A DNA stretch of 63,030 nucleotides, the filler included, from Globobulimina sp. (taxonomy: Eukaryota), in NCBI GenBank assembly GCA_003354225.1. It is 38 parts of 38 records of this genome, joined end to end, with 100 filler letters (N's around TTAATTAATTAA, not from the genome) between each part and the next. Parts side by side here need not be neighbours in the genome. Positions count along the whole stretch, not along the records: positions 36,566 to 38,126 come from PIVH01014809.1; positions 38,227 to 39,787 come from PIVH01014810.1; positions 39,888 to 41,448 come from PIVH01014811.1; positions 41,549 to 43,109 come from PIVH01014812.1; positions 43,210 to 44,770 come from PIVH01014813.1; positions 44,871 to 46,431 come from PIVH01014814.1; positions 46,532 to 48,091 come from PIVH01014815.1; positions 48,192 to 49,751 come from PIVH01014816.1; 30 more parts are not named here. The stretch is one strand, 5' to 3'. Every line of letters begins with the position of its first letter. Positions within the stretch are counted from its first letter, which is position 1. Below are positions 37,043-48,568 of this stretch, one piece after another. The notes below the pieces were generated by a model. The model did not search any database, was not told where the DNA came from, and saw nothing but the letters and a program-made list of their open reading frames with translations. The translations under genes were made by a program, and so were the position numbers.

Positions 37043-38126
37043 ATGGGAAATGCCGCAACTTCTGAGTCTCTGAAACCAGCACCAACCATTAAATCTATTC
37101 TATCATTGGGAGACAAATCGAGTAATTCAGTGTCGACCATTGTTAGGAAACATTTGGATCTGATGAACCACCTCAGTTCCGGGCCAAAAACACCAATACC
37201 AACAGAATACAAATTGCAATTCGCAGACACCAACAATATGAAAAAAAAGCATCATTTGAATAAAAAAGAATGTGTGAAAAAAAATAATGGAATTACAGGC
37301 ATTTGTTTGTCGCATAAAATTGCACAGTTAAGTATGTATATTTTGTTTGTACATGTTTGCGATTATAAATTTGCGATATTATATCTGCAGAAATCTGTAC
37401 ATTTTTTGGAGATCTCACATGGATACATTGCCTCCAAAAAAGCAGTTGGAAATTAGTGTTTTAATCTACTTTACAATGCTGAAATATTGTGATGGTGATT
37501 TTAAATTAATGTTTAAAAATAAGACGATAGAGCACAAATCCCTGCTCTTTGTAGGAAAGCTGCGTTGGCTGATTATGGCACTCAACGATGACAGCATTGA
37601 CTTACATGCACTGCTAAGCAAATTGGGCAATTTACACCAAACAAAGACTGTCAAATTGCAGTATTTCGAAGCATTTCTATCTGCATTGCACAAAGTATTC
37701 AGTGAGTATTTCCCAAACAAATACAAAATTGAGATCAAATATTGTTTGGATAAAACGTTTGTAATCTGTACAAAAATCATGCTCGGAAAATCACCAATCT
37801 ACACTCGACTGAGTGACTGGTCCGCTTCTCGCTCAATAAAGACATCAGAGATTTGGTTGAAAAATTTGGACACTTGCTTGAAATCCAGCATCGGCAAAGA
37901 ATATTTCTTCCGCTTTCTGGAACAAACTGCGTGCTACGAACTGGTCATCTTTTTCACATTATATTGGCAGTTTAATCGAGCTATGAGCGAAAAGGAAAAG
38001 TTTATGGTTTCAAGGAAGATTGTCAACACTTGCATTGATGTGGACGATACTTCGCCATTTCCAATAAATATAAGCTACGAAACCAAGATGAACTTTATGC
38101 ACAAAATGAAGGGATTTGAAGAAATG
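37043..38126 (+). CDS. Globin-RGS fusion protein with a probable N-myristoylation site; intron 37327-37390; 3'-truncated
   Basis: MGNAATS start; spliced globin A-helix LSHKIAQNLYIFW, CD1-like KLMF, F8 motif LSKLGNLH..V..QYF; then RGS LDTCLKSSIGKEYFFRFLEQ...ELVIF...SPFPINISYE. Confidence 0.78.
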
Positions 38127-38227
38127 NNNNNNNNNNNNNNNNNNNNNNNNNNNNNNNNNNNNNNNNNNNNTTAATTAATTAANNNNNNNNNNNNNNNNNN
38201 NNNNNNNNNNNNNNNNNNNNNNNNNNT

Positions 38228-39100
38228 GACCAGGAAATAATAATACAATCAAACAAGGAACTCGACCTCAAACCAAATATAAGCTCGATTCCAGTAACAA
38301 ATGATCCAAACAATATCACCACGTGTAACAAACTCAAAAATGGAACCACCCCACAGACGAAAACGAATAATAACATCACCACATCACCCAATTGCAAATC
38401 AACTGTTATAACATTAAATAATCCGTCCGCAAAACCAAAAACACCTTCCCCTCCACCTACGTATACAGAAAAGAAACAACATAAACAAGACAATGACATC
38501 GGCATCGATGATGATCGCAAAATAGATGAGTTGTCAGAGGAAGAAGCATTGCGATTAGCAATGGAGATGTCGATGGATGAGGATGACCGCAAATTGGTGT
38601 ATAATATCCAGAAAGAGATAAAAGAGGCCCAGGCCCATTTAAGTGATTGGTTTGCCGGCAATTTCCCGAGCATCAGGCACAAAAACCGCGCCTGGTTCAA
38701 TTTCAGCCGTAGGTTGCATCATCAATTTGAAATGTATAGAATCGAACAGGGGATCATCCAGCCGCTGTCATACCAATTTTTCATCCAATTCATTGCATTG
38801 ATGTATGGCACGATGAAAAATGCAAACAAGGATAGGACGAATAGCGATGACACATTGTACATCGACCAACATAAAATCAAAAATATCGAGATATTGTCAG
38901 CGGATTCTGAGGCTATAAAATATCTAAAATTTGCGCAAGGATTGAAAAAATGTGAGTTGGTTGATGCGGTTTATGCGAAGTTTGAGTCATTGGCATTGGA
39001 CCCAATGGCGCCGAACCAGTGGAAGTTTAATCATGTTATGTTTATAAGAGCTGCGAAGGCACCAAATGGATTATTATGGGCGAAGTGGCATATGCAATGA
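38228..39100 (+). CDS. Hypothetical protein with a ubiquitin-interacting motif, 5'-truncated
   Basis: LSEEEALRLAMEMSM UIM; frame open from the contig edge. Confidence 0.6.
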   Translation, partial: DQEIIIQSNKELDLKPNISSIPVTNDPNNITTCNKLKNGTTPQTKTNNNITTSPNCKSTVITLNNPSAKPKTPSPPPTYTEKKQHKQDNDIGIDDDRKIDELSEEEALRLAMEMSMDEDDRKLVYNIQKEIKEAQAHLSDWFAGNFPSIRHKNRAWFNFSRRLHHQFEMYRIEQGIIQPLSYQFFIQFIALMYGTMKNANKDRTNSDDTLYIDQHKIKNIEILSADSEAIKYLKFAQGLKKCELVDAVYAKFESLALDPMAPNQWKFNHVMFIRAAKAPNGLLWAKWHMQ

Positions 39101-39535
39101 ATGGGATATTATGTTATTTATTTTTCTATCTTTTGATACTGTGATGAAACAATTTTTATCTTTGTGACTGATCATTGTGCGATGTGTGTGTGTGTGCTAT
39201 CATTATCTCGTTGTAGCAATTAAATAATGCATTATTATATGTTGCAACGAATATTAAATTAATCCAAAATTTATAATATTTTATGGTTGTTTAACTTGTT
39301 TTTTTTCCTTCTGAGGTTATTGCTCCCTTTTTGGCCATAATCAATGTTGAAGCAATATGACCTGTAGTAGGTCGAGCCTGGTTCTATGGTTGAACTAAGG
39401 GTTTTTTAGTAAAGTTTTAAAGTAAGGAGTACCTAATAAGTTAGATACAATAAATCAAGAGGATTTAGGATAAAAGGTCAGTTCCTTACAGACCACAATA
39501 TTAGCTATTCTGACAATTTTCCCACTTTAAGGAAA

Positions 39536-39787
39536 ATGAACCATGCTGTCAGGAAAAGATGGTCCCAATTATTAGTAAGTGGATACGTTAGAAACTGCAG
39601 CACCCACTACATCCATACAGATATTATTAGCATCATTCATGCGTTCCATTATTATATTTTATTGCTATTATATTCTATTGGTAGCAACGAAGAGGGACAA
39701 CAAGGAAACGGAGGAAATGAAAATATTACAAAAATAACAAAAATAAAAACATTTGAAAAAAAAATAAAAAATATTGTTACTTGTGGT
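39536..39787 (+). CDS. RCC1/BLIP-II repeat protein, N-terminal fragment
   Basis: LYSIGSNEEGQQGNG...CG RCC1 repeat; close paralogue at 55745-55985. Confidence 0.75.
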
Positions 39788-39989
39788 NNNNNNNNNNNNN
39801 NNNNNNNNNNNNNNNNNNNNNNNNNNNNNNNTTAATTAATTAANNNNNNNNNNNNNNNNNNNNNNNNNNNNNNNNNNNNNNNNNNNNATTCTTAAATTAT
39901 CACAGTCCCGCTGTGCACAAAGCCATAGATTCTTTCAAATTGTTTCGGAATAGATAATATTAGGCCCATGAAAGGATTTTCAAGCAGGC

Positions 39990-40304
39990 TTGCCGAAAGG
40001 ACACAAGCAATCTGAAAATGTCGATGTCATGTGTGTTATTGCCGAATATTGGATTAAGCTTGAAGATGATGGGAAAGGGATAGAAATACTTAAAAAAGCT
40101 GAACAGCTTAACCCCAGATCACAAGATTATATTGAGATGGCTCTTCTTTGGTACGACAAATTAAATAATATGGAAAATGCTGTCCATTGTGCCAAAAAGG
40201 CCGAAGCCACAGAAAAAGGATCGTATCATTTAGTCGCGGAGTGTTGGGAGAAATTGGGCAGGGAAGAAGATATGGAGCGCTGTTATAAATTAGATGAGAA
40301 GTAA
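39990..40304 (+). CDS. Small TPR-like helical protein, prokaryotic or phage; start uncertain
   Basis: AEYW...ILKKAE / ALLW...CAKKAE / AECW helical repeats. Confidence 0.5.
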   Translation: MPKGHKQSENVDVMCVIAEYWIKLEDDGKGIEILKKAEQLNPRSQDYIEMALLWYDKLNNMENAVHCAKKAEATEKGSYHLVAECWEKLGREEDMERCYKLDEK

Positions 40305-40334
40305 GACCATCAACAAATATTAATTGAGGTAACT

Positions 40335-41027
40335 ATGGGCAAACCAAATTTGAAATACGGCGAAAGTAATACACAGAGATATTTAGTACGAGAAAGTGGA
40401 CATAACCCAAAATGTTTTTATTGTGGAAGAGAATTTGTTGATACCATGGATGGGTATCAGAATATGAGTATTGATCATAGAAAGTCAAAGCATAAGGAGA
40501 GAGATGATTCTGTTGAAAACCTTGTTTTATGCTGTAAGAGTTGTAATTCATCAAAAGGAAAAAGATCATTTCCAGAGGGTGGCCCAGGCATTGAGTTACA
40601 ATCTTTCCAAAAATATAGAGAAAGAATGAGGATAGCCGACGATCTATGGGTTAAAAACCATTTGTTTGAATTTTCAAAATTACAGAAATTTCCTGACTCT
40701 GAAGCGATAATTGAAGACTTATTCAAAATAATGAATGACAATAATAAATTCGAAGGCGTTGAGTATTATAAAAATAAAAAACAATGGCTTCACTGGAAAA
40801 GTCATAATATTGAATTTTTTTTTAGACCTCAAGATTTCATTTTTCAGCCAATTATAGAAAAAAATAGTATTGATGATACTTTAAAGAGAATTTTGTACGC
40901 ATTGGGATTTTATCCTGAAGACCAATGGGGAGTGATCAAGTATATCAAACCATTTTGTGATCCAAAAACAGGTATTGAAATTATTTGCACCGAAATAGAT
41001 ACAATTGCAAAGATAATTAACCTTTAG
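40335..41027 (+). CDS. HNH endonuclease, prokaryotic or phage
   Basis: CFYCG...IDH...NLVLCCKSCNSSKG; Shine-Dalgarno-like GAGGT just upstream of the ATG. Confidence 0.9.
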   Translation: MGKPNLKYGESNTQRYLVRESGHNPKCFYCGREFVDTMDGYQNMSIDHRKSKHKERDDSVENLVLCCKSCNSSKGKRSFPEGGPGIELQSFQKYRERMRIADDLWVKNHLFEFSKLQKFPDSEAIIEDLFKIMNDNNKFEGVEYYKNKKQWLHWKSHNIEFFFRPQDFIFQPIIEKNSIDDTLKRILYALGFYPEDQWGVIKYIKPFCDPKTGIEIICTEIDTIAKIINL

Positions 41028-41234
41028 GACAAGCAACCTGAGATAATAGAATGACTGATTATAAAAAGCTCAGACATATTTGTACAAAGTTTCTGTCAAT
41101 AGAACTTCGGCATAAGAATTTTTATCCTGATCCTGGGCTAATGCAGGCGTGCTTAAAATAATGAAAAGTAAAATTAAGATTAGTTGTTTCATGGATTCCC
41201 CTTATGATTGAACCCTGCCATTACAAATATGTTT

Positions 41235-41447
41235 TTATCCTACTGAAACCAATGAACCACATTTTGGACATTTTATTCTCAAGCTCAATAGATACCCAAA
41301 AGCTAAAACCTGTTTACAATTCAAACAAGAATATGTTTCAAAGCCCTCTGACAATGGAAATTCTTGATCTTTTCTTGGCTTGGCACATGTGGGACAGTAA
41401 TAATTTGCGTATCCTTTATCCCGGGATATGTTGCTGTTGCTATCTGA
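41235..41447 (-). CDS. Zinc-ribbon protein resembling the phage Mu Com family, 5'-truncated
   Basis: Manual translation ...CPTC...CLNCKQVLAFGYLLSLRIKCPKCGSLVSVG*. Confidence 0.6.
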   Translation of the reverse strand, partial: SDSNSNISRDKGYANYYCPTCAKPRKDQEFPLSEGFETYSCLNCKQVLAFGYLLSLRIKCPKCGSLVSVG

Positions 41448-41548
41448 ANNNNNNNNNNNNNNNNNNNNNNNNNNNNNNNNNNNNNNNNNNNNTTAATTAA
41501 TTAANNNNNNNNNNNNNNNNNNNNNNNNNNNNNNNNNNNNNNNNNNNN

Positions 41549-42480
41549 TTGGAGTATAGAAATTGTCACTTAATACTTTCAAACTCCGTGGTTCCGCGTT
41601 GTATGGATGGAGACTAGCGACTATTAACTCGTCCGTGATGGTATCGGCATGGCTGACGGAGGCATCCCGCGGTGGATCCGATATGTAATGATTATTGAAT
41701 TTACTCTCGGCTTCGATTTGTAGTCTCTCGCTTTCTTCTAAATTACCAATCCTATATTTTTGCAATAGTTCTTGGATATGTTCACGAAAATGTAATGTGT
41801 ATATCTTCCAATATGCACTTTTTTTATGTTTATACAAATGTATAACTGGATAACTCGAAAATGAAAAGTGTATATTGTACCTTAAGTCATTGCCTCCGAC
41901 CATCTCAATTCGTGTAGCTCCGCCTTTGTTTGTTGTGGATTGTATTAGTATACAAATGTAATGTACCACTTACTGACTTACCTGGATGATGATTCATGAA
42001 ATTGGTGACATCGAAAACTCCGCCTTTCCAGGTCACCCATACTGTGCCGTCACCAATGAAGGGCGAATAATGTTTGCGGACATCGGATAATGGGATGATT
42101 GGATAGTTTTTATATTTATTCAGGTCTGTGATGGCGTTGATAGTGTGTTGGGTGGCGTGGTTTTTGGTAGTTTTTGTGGTCAATGCATATGGTTCAATGC
42201 CTGGTTCAATCACAGATTTCATTAATTTGGCAGATTTTTTGATTTCTGCTATTTTATTGTCGCATGGTGGAGATAATACATAATTGGTTGGGTCTTGGTC
42301 TTGTCGTTTGCTTACGATATAGGAGGCAGTGCCTAATGATGCGGTGGTTCCTAATCCAATCATCCATTTACTATACCATGATGATGATGAATTTGTCGAA
42401 GATGTTACGCTGGCTAAAGAAAATGATTTGGTTCCAATAACTTGCTTATTCGATGCTAAACGACATAACCTGAGAAACAT
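41549..42480 (-). CDS. SUOX: Mitochondrial sulfite oxidase, N-terminal part (transit peptide, cytochrome b5 domain, start of Mo domain); two short introns
   Basis: VWVTWKGGVFDVTNFMNHHPG|G, YWKIYTLH...YRIGNL, DPPR, PYNAEP...FYTP. Confidence 0.85.
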
Positions 42481-42572
42481 TTAAGTGACTTTACGAGAGC
42501 TGTCCAAAGGTGAAAAAAAAATTTTGAATACTACTAATTTTGAAAAAAAACTTTGAATACTACTAAATCAAC

Positions 42573-43109
42573 ATGTCATCTAACAGAACTGCACAACCCC
42601 GACATGTTATAGTTGACACCTTATACAATATGGGGTTCCCACACCATTATGTCACCAGATCTCTCAGTTTATACGAGAAACATTATAATATCATTAAAAT
42701 TGGTTATCACATTGAAATTATTACCGAAATTATATTTCGGCTCACTATAAAAGATAAATTAAAACAGTCTCAAACAATATATTGCTCGAAAGTAAATGTG
42801 AAACAAGCCTTAGAATCAATGGGTTTCTGTTCACAGCAAATCGACATTGCAATTGAAGAATATAATTTATATAAACATTGCGAAAAAACATCATACGACA
42901 TTCAGATTATAACTAAAACTATAATGAATTCACTAATTCCAGTTGCTACTGATTATAATTATAATTACCGCAAGAAACAGCAGCAACAATTATTAAAAAC
43001 GAGAATGGATCAAAATGATAAATTACACGAACAACGGAGTAACAGCAGAAACAGTTTTGATACCAATGATACAAATGATACAGGTGACACTCAGACAGAT
43101 AACGACCAT
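42573..43109 (+). CDS. Protein with two UBA-like motifs, N-terminal fragment
   Basis: LYNMGF and LESMGF. Confidence 0.55.
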
Positions 43110-43497
43110 NNNNNNNNNNNNNNNNNNNNNNNNNNNNNNNNNNNNNNNNNNNNTTAATTAATTAANNNNNNNNNNNNNNNNNNNNNNNNNNNNNNNNNNN
43201 NNNNNNNNNACAAAAGCGCAATGAATTCAAAACGGAAAAAATTTCATAAAAAAGCGTTGTTTGCGTGCGATAACTTAGAAATAATAAAAGTAGCGCCAGG
43301 CGGTGGTAAACAACAACGACAAATAAATAATGCCATCTCATGTGCGACCATATTGAGGCAGCCATATAAATGGGAAGGTCCTATCATCGCTGTGTCGTTA
43401 AGTGTTCTCTGCATATAAACTATGCCAAAATATATGAAACATAAAATAAAAAAGGCCGGCCAATGAAGCACATAATTTTGATTCAAAATGTGTCCGT

Positions 43498-44560
43498 TTG
43501 TACTCATTGATGGAGCAACAATATGTGCATGTTTACCGATTGCGGACGCGAGTTCATGGCATATTCTCTCGACCAAATGCTTTGATTATGGTGACCTCGA
43601 AAGAGATCGTAGTGATCAACCCAATGACCGATGAGAAATTATATCGGAAATCATGTGCTCCCAATCCAATCTATGGAGTAGTGGCTGCATTAGGCAGTCG
43701 ATGGTTAGCTTTTGCTGATTTAAAATTGCGACAAACACAGATTGGAACACATATATTGCCACGAAATAAACACACAACTAATCATAATTATACATCGCTG
43801 CCAGTATCACCATTCCAGAAAAAAAAAGCAAAAAATAAAAAACATATTCAAGACGAGAAAAAAAGTAAAAAAAACAAACAAATCAAAGTTGAGCTCAAGA
43901 ACAATAAAATGAATAGGAATAAGAAGAATAATTTGAATGTTTGTGATGAATATGACGATGATGAAGATTTTGGTGCGTTGGGAGTGGATAATAAGTTGTT
44001 ATATGATGAAGAATTAAGAAATGAAAGGAAATCAGGATATGAACTAATGACTAGTCAGTTATTGAATGCCTCCGATCAGATCTCCAAAACAGTGAGCAAC
44101 ACAATGAACGCAGTCAGTGTTGGTACAATGAACTTTATCAAAGATTCCTTTGTTGAGACAAGGAAAGAGGTCACCAAACAAGTCAAAAAACAACAAAATA
44201 ATATCAAACGGAAAAGGCATGAATTGAGACAAAAGGATGAGAATAATAAAGCATCCATCAATTCTTATTGCGATGAACCACCTAAACATGGCATAATATC
44301 CATTATTGATGTAATTAAAGGCGAACTATTAATTAATTTTATTGCCCATCCAAACTGTCCATTGATGTACATCGCCTTTGACCCATCAGGAACATTATTA
44401 GTGACTGCAGATAGAGATGGTATATATTTGAATGTATTCCAAGTGATTGGATTTCCCATCGATTCGGATGGCTTAACGGGACATAATAAACATGACGAGA
44501 TACAGAGTAATAATGACCCTTATAGCGTTATATTTTTTAGAACGATCACTTATACAAAAG
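43498..44560 (+). CDS. BCAS3/ATG18-like WD40 protein fragment; ends uncertain
   Basis: AALGSRWLAFAD; FIAHPNCPLMYIAFDPSGTLLVTADRDG. Confidence 0.8.
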
Positions 44561-44870
44561 ATAACATCACCCTAACAATTCGAAACAGTGTTACTTGTCA
44601 TGATTGGTTATTATGTCATCACTAGTTAAATAGCGAGGCGAATATTATGATGAATACACAAATGCAAAATAATGACCTAGTTCCTGCTAATGCTTTTTTA
44701 ACCGACAGCAGACAACAAAGTTATGATCCAGATACCTTATGGGACAAGCTTAACCTCAGCCAGCAATATGNNNNNNNNNNNNNNNNNNNNNNNNNNNNNN
44801 NNNNNNNNNNNNNNTTAATTAATTAANNNNNNNNNNNNNNNNNNNNNNNNNNNNNNNNNNNNNNNNNNNN

Positions 44871-46431
44871 ATGGACGTTATATAGCACAGAAAGTGCCAT
44901 TCGCAACAAATTAACGCTCGCCATACAAAATTATTTCTCTATCAATGTGGTGTTTTCTTATATTGTGAGCATTGCGGATATTCAGTTTGATCTTAGCAAA
45001 GGCGATACTGTCATTGAATTCAGCTTTAGTAAGTCGAGTAATATCGGTTGGAGCGATGGCGAAATTAATGATATTTATAAATCGGATGAAGCTGCGCAAT
45101 TTTATTATTTGTTAGCGCATCATTTAGATTTGCAATGGACTGTGAATGCTGAAATAAAGACAGCTGATCATGTATTAAATGAGTTTGCTAGCAATGAAAT
45201 GAGCGTTAAACGCGATTTAATGAATGTGTTATTGACTGATTTTCCTGCTGTTTTTATACCGACAACAACAACAAATGAGGACACTACGACTATGGACAGT
45301 ATCATTGCAGCGCCGTGCTTAACATTGTCTGTATATGACATCAAAACTAGTGTACTAAGTATAGAATTTGATAGTGCGCTCGCTGAGACCTTGGATTGTA
45401 TGGAGATATTAAGCGTGGATAGCATATATTTGGTAGGGAATGCTGCGTATTGTGTGTGGTTGGATCATGATAAAATTGCTATTCATATTGGTCATGATAA
45501 TACATTATTAAATAGGGTGCCAAATGATAAGTATATTCAATATAACTCTGGTGTTATTGCAGCGTCTTCTGATCAGAGTATAGTTCAAACGGATCCATTA
45601 TGCTTAAAATCGTTGATTAAGTTTATAAATGACGATGTTTTACATATTAAAGCAATCATTGATGGTATTACTGCCACCACTATTTGCAATGCTTTATTTT
45701 ATTCATCAGCACGCTCGTTGGGTCATTATGGCACCGATTTACAGTACAAATGGGATGTGATTTGGAATGGCACTGTTTTGACACATGATTATGACTCAAA
45801 TATGTTATATTTATCTGTTTATGATGATATTTTGATAACAATCGACAATTATGTTGATATTTCATTGATTGAATGGCCGATATTAATCGAAATAAAATTA
45901 AGTATCACAAATTGGTTAAATATGAATGATACTGTTTCGTATTATACATTAATTAAAAACGATTATTCGTTAGGAATCATTAATGTAATCGGTGACCAAT
46001 TTGACCGGAAAATAGCGTATAATTTAAAGAATAAATTGCGTGCAATTTCATATATCTCGGTATGTAATGCAACATTTTCAGATCTAGACTCAATTGCAAA
46101 TCTCACTGTTAATAATGTTGAAAATAAAATATATTCAACATTGTTATCTCAATATGAATTATCATATCATTGGAGAATGATTAATAATCCTGGCGAGATT
46201 CAGAGCATTTTGTTGCATCAAAACCATATTATTCCAGATACGTTTACCGCAGTAAATGGTGCCATATTGTCATGTAACCAAACGGCATTACATTTGGACG
46301 CATATTCCCTGATTCCATTTGCAAATTATTTATTTGAAATCAGTGTGAATTTATTTAATTCAACAAACAAAGATTATGTCAGTGTCAATGTATTACCGCC
46401 ACATATTTATGTGAAACCCTCTGTTTTTAAG
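44871..46431 (+). CDS. Fragment of a large extracellular protein (REJ/PKD-like)
   Basis: Long open frame with LQYKW, LSITNWL, LSYHW, AYSLIPFANYLFEISV beta-rich motifs. Confidence 0.55.
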
Positions 46432-46531
46432 NNNNNNNNNNNNNNNNNNNNNNNNNNNNNNNNNNNNNNNNNNNNTTAATTAATTAANNNNNNNNNNNNN
46501 NNNNNNNNNNNNNNNNNNNNNNNNNNNNNNN

Positions 46532-47058
46532 AACTTCTAGATCATATACTGACAATGTCCATTTCGGACCATTCATGGTAAATCGATCATTATGAAAAAA
46601 AGATGAATTATAGGGTACTTTTAGACGGGAAATCCAATGAGACTATCGTCGTCGACCACAAAATTCGATAAAATGTACTTTTGACCATTTCGTCTATTGA
46701 CACCCCCTGCCAATAAATGAAATGGTCAGAAGTATATGTTACCCAATTTTTTGTGAAAAAATAACACTGGCAATGGATTCCTAGCCTAAATATTACCCAT
46801 ATTTCATGTTTAACTCAAATTATGCAAATAACTTTAGAGATTGCAAAGTAGTACTATCTATTCTGTAGCCCAAACTTATATACTAACTTCTAGATCATAT
46901 ACTGACAATGTCCATTTCGGACCATTCATGGTAAATCGATCATTATGAAAAAGACATGAATTATAGGGTACTTTTAGACGGGAAATCCAATGAGACTATC
47001 GTCGTCGACCACAAAATTTGCTAAAATGTGCTTTTGGCCATTTCGTCTATTGACACCC
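46532..47058. repeat. Composite repeat: ~174-bp direct repeat (46532, 46885; period 353) with a degenerate inverted copy between
   Basis: Near-identical copies starting AACTTCTAGATCATATACTG; 46711-46808 is an imperfect reverse complement of 46603-46699. Confidence 0.88.
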
Positions 47059-47159
47059 ATCTAAGTTGGAAAAATAACTCAAAATTCTTACTTTGCTCAA
47101 CGTTTCAGTTAATACCTGCTACCTACTGATATATATATATATATTTTCATTATTGCTTA

Positions 47160-47460
47160 CAGCTTTGGTCAGTGGCTGACAGTCGGTCGTATGTCCCTCA
47201 TCCGGATTTCTCCAAAATTTGTTGTCTCTGACATACTGGAAGGCAATCGGTTGACGTTCTCCTTTTTGTCCAATTCTGTCGTTTGTCTTGTTTCTGCATG
47301 TAACACAACGAAATCGATCAGTTTGTTGATCGGCAAGGGACTTGTGGAAACTATATTGATAATAATGATCGGGTTTTAGAACACTAGGACATGTCAAAAG
47401 GGACGGTTCTAACGATTTGTTCAATAATAATCTTGCTTCACCAAAACTTTTGTCACACAT
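47160..47460 (-). CDS. CCHC zinc-binding domain exon (FLYWCH / RYYR-CCHC-like), possibly transposon-derived
   Basis: YYQYSF...FRCVTC...NPDEGHTTDCQP, ending at a GTAAGC donor. Confidence 0.45.
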
Positions 47461-48568
47461 ATTAGTCGGCAAACGGGCACAAACAGAGTAACATGCACCG
47501 ACTAACTCTCTGGATTCCTTCCCGTACACACTTACCTGTCTTAATCCATGCCTTCATGTACCGCCGTTTACATAGAGAAACATTTGAAGTGGTTTTAGTT
47601 GGTACCTTTTGTGAATAGAACAATGGAGTGCTCCGTCGCGGTACATTGTTTGTTGTAACGGAGCTCTATTTATTGACATTATTGTAGTTAAATATAGGAT
47701 TCACTAAGCTCTAGCTGTTTTAATAAATGTTTCTCCACAATTTCAATACAATTATTAATTAAACAATGCACATTTCAGTAGAAAATCATTACAATATCGG
47801 ATTTAAAAAATGTGTGTTTTTTATTTAAATTTATGCATCATTTTATTTATTCAACATTGTGTTATAATATAATAATACGAATTAGTAATATAACCGAAGT
47901 AAATAGTCACTTGAGTGCGTTTGTTTAATAATCCTTTATCGGCGGCCGCCCTGCCTGCTACCGCAAAAACCAGCGTACCGGACTGGACGCGTCCTGCACG
48001 GGACCACATCGTCCGGACACCCATTTTTATTGTATGTACTTTTTCGTGAAGAAAGTTAATAATAGTTGAAAGTTTTATAATTTGCCAAAAGNNNNNNNNN
48101 NNNNNNNNNNNNNNNNNNNNNNNNNNNNNNNNNNNTTAATTAATTAANNNNNNNNNNNNNNNNNNNNNNNNNNNNNNNNNNNNNNNNNNNNTCATGGGAG
48201 AATAGAATTGACGGGAGGATATGTATCACAATAAAATGTAACTACTCCAAATGTAATACAAGATAGGAATACCATAGTAAATATAAATATAAATGACCAA
48301 CAAGGATTTGAGTAAATACTGAACTGATTAGACACAATTCCAGAACAGACCAATAAGGATAGAAATAAATAACGAAATGCAGCAAACACCGTGAATACCA
48401 CAAAAGCCAACAGTAAGGAATGCATCCAAAGAAAGCGAGATGTCTGACGACATCTCTAGACATATTGTAATGACTAATATTCGCAAATAAAGATATGTTA
48501 CACAGCAATATCTAGTGGTCAACTAATATTCGCAAATAAAGAACTCAACACCAATCCACATCCTTCAA

